The notes under the pieces: generated by a model
Databases searched by the model: none
What the model was told of the DNA's origin: nothing
What the model saw: only the letters and a program-made list of their open reading frames with translations
Shown: piece after piece, positions 6,119 through 6,136 of the stretch
Layout of the letters: every line of letters starts with the position of its first letter
Position numbering within the stretch: position 1 is the stretch's first letter
Made by a program: the position numbers and the translations under genes
Assembly: GCF_006345805.1 (NCBI RefSeq)
Contig: NW_021829411.1
Span: 1-6,136 of the forward strand
Direction of reading: 5' to 3'
Length of the DNA stretch: 6,136 nt
DNA from: Octopus sinensis
Lineage: Eukaryota

Positions 6119-6136
6119 GGGAACGTGAAACTCCGA
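6090..6136. repeat. Near-perfect palindrome (12 bp + 1 mismatch + 7 bp stem, 7-nt loop), open at the window edge
   Basis: TCGGAGTTTCAC (6090-6101) pairs with GTGAAACTCCGA (6125-6136); TTCCCGT (6103-6109) pairs with ACGGGAA (6117-6123); loop TCGTCAG. Confidence 0.95.

Larger units (their letters stand above)
5979..6136 (-). mobile_element. Putative Penelope-like element terminal (pLTR/3' UTR-type) fragment, running off the window
   Basis: On the minus strand: hammerhead core, then AATAAA (6056-6051) about 30 nt downstream, then abutting (TA)n at 5978; inverted terminal segment at 6117-6136. No RT or GIY-YIG ORF is visible, so the class is inferred. Confidence 0.5.

Overview
No credible protein-coding gene. 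This is repeat-saturated, AT-rich eukaryotic non-coding DNA; the repeat types and microsatellite density resemble an octopus/cephalopod genome (inferred from recall, not searched). It holds two tRNA-headed SINE families: family A (3 copies) and family B (5 clear copies plus 1 relic, with a CORE-like motif), many simple and compound microsatellites, and two (TA)n-anchored unclassified repeats. Every listed ORF is a by-product of microsatellites or SINEs. The most notable signal is at the right edge, on the minus strand: a minimal type I hammerhead-ribozyme core (CUGACGA / stem II / GAAA / palindromic stem III / GUA) of the kind carried by Penelope-like retroelements. It sits at the centre of a 47-bp near-perfect palindrome that has replaced its stem I. 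Also notable are two head-to-head inverted SINE pairs (one with 104 bp of perfect identity), a SINE sub-module inserted alone with a 16-bp TSD, and a microsatellite that runs through all four GNT triplets.
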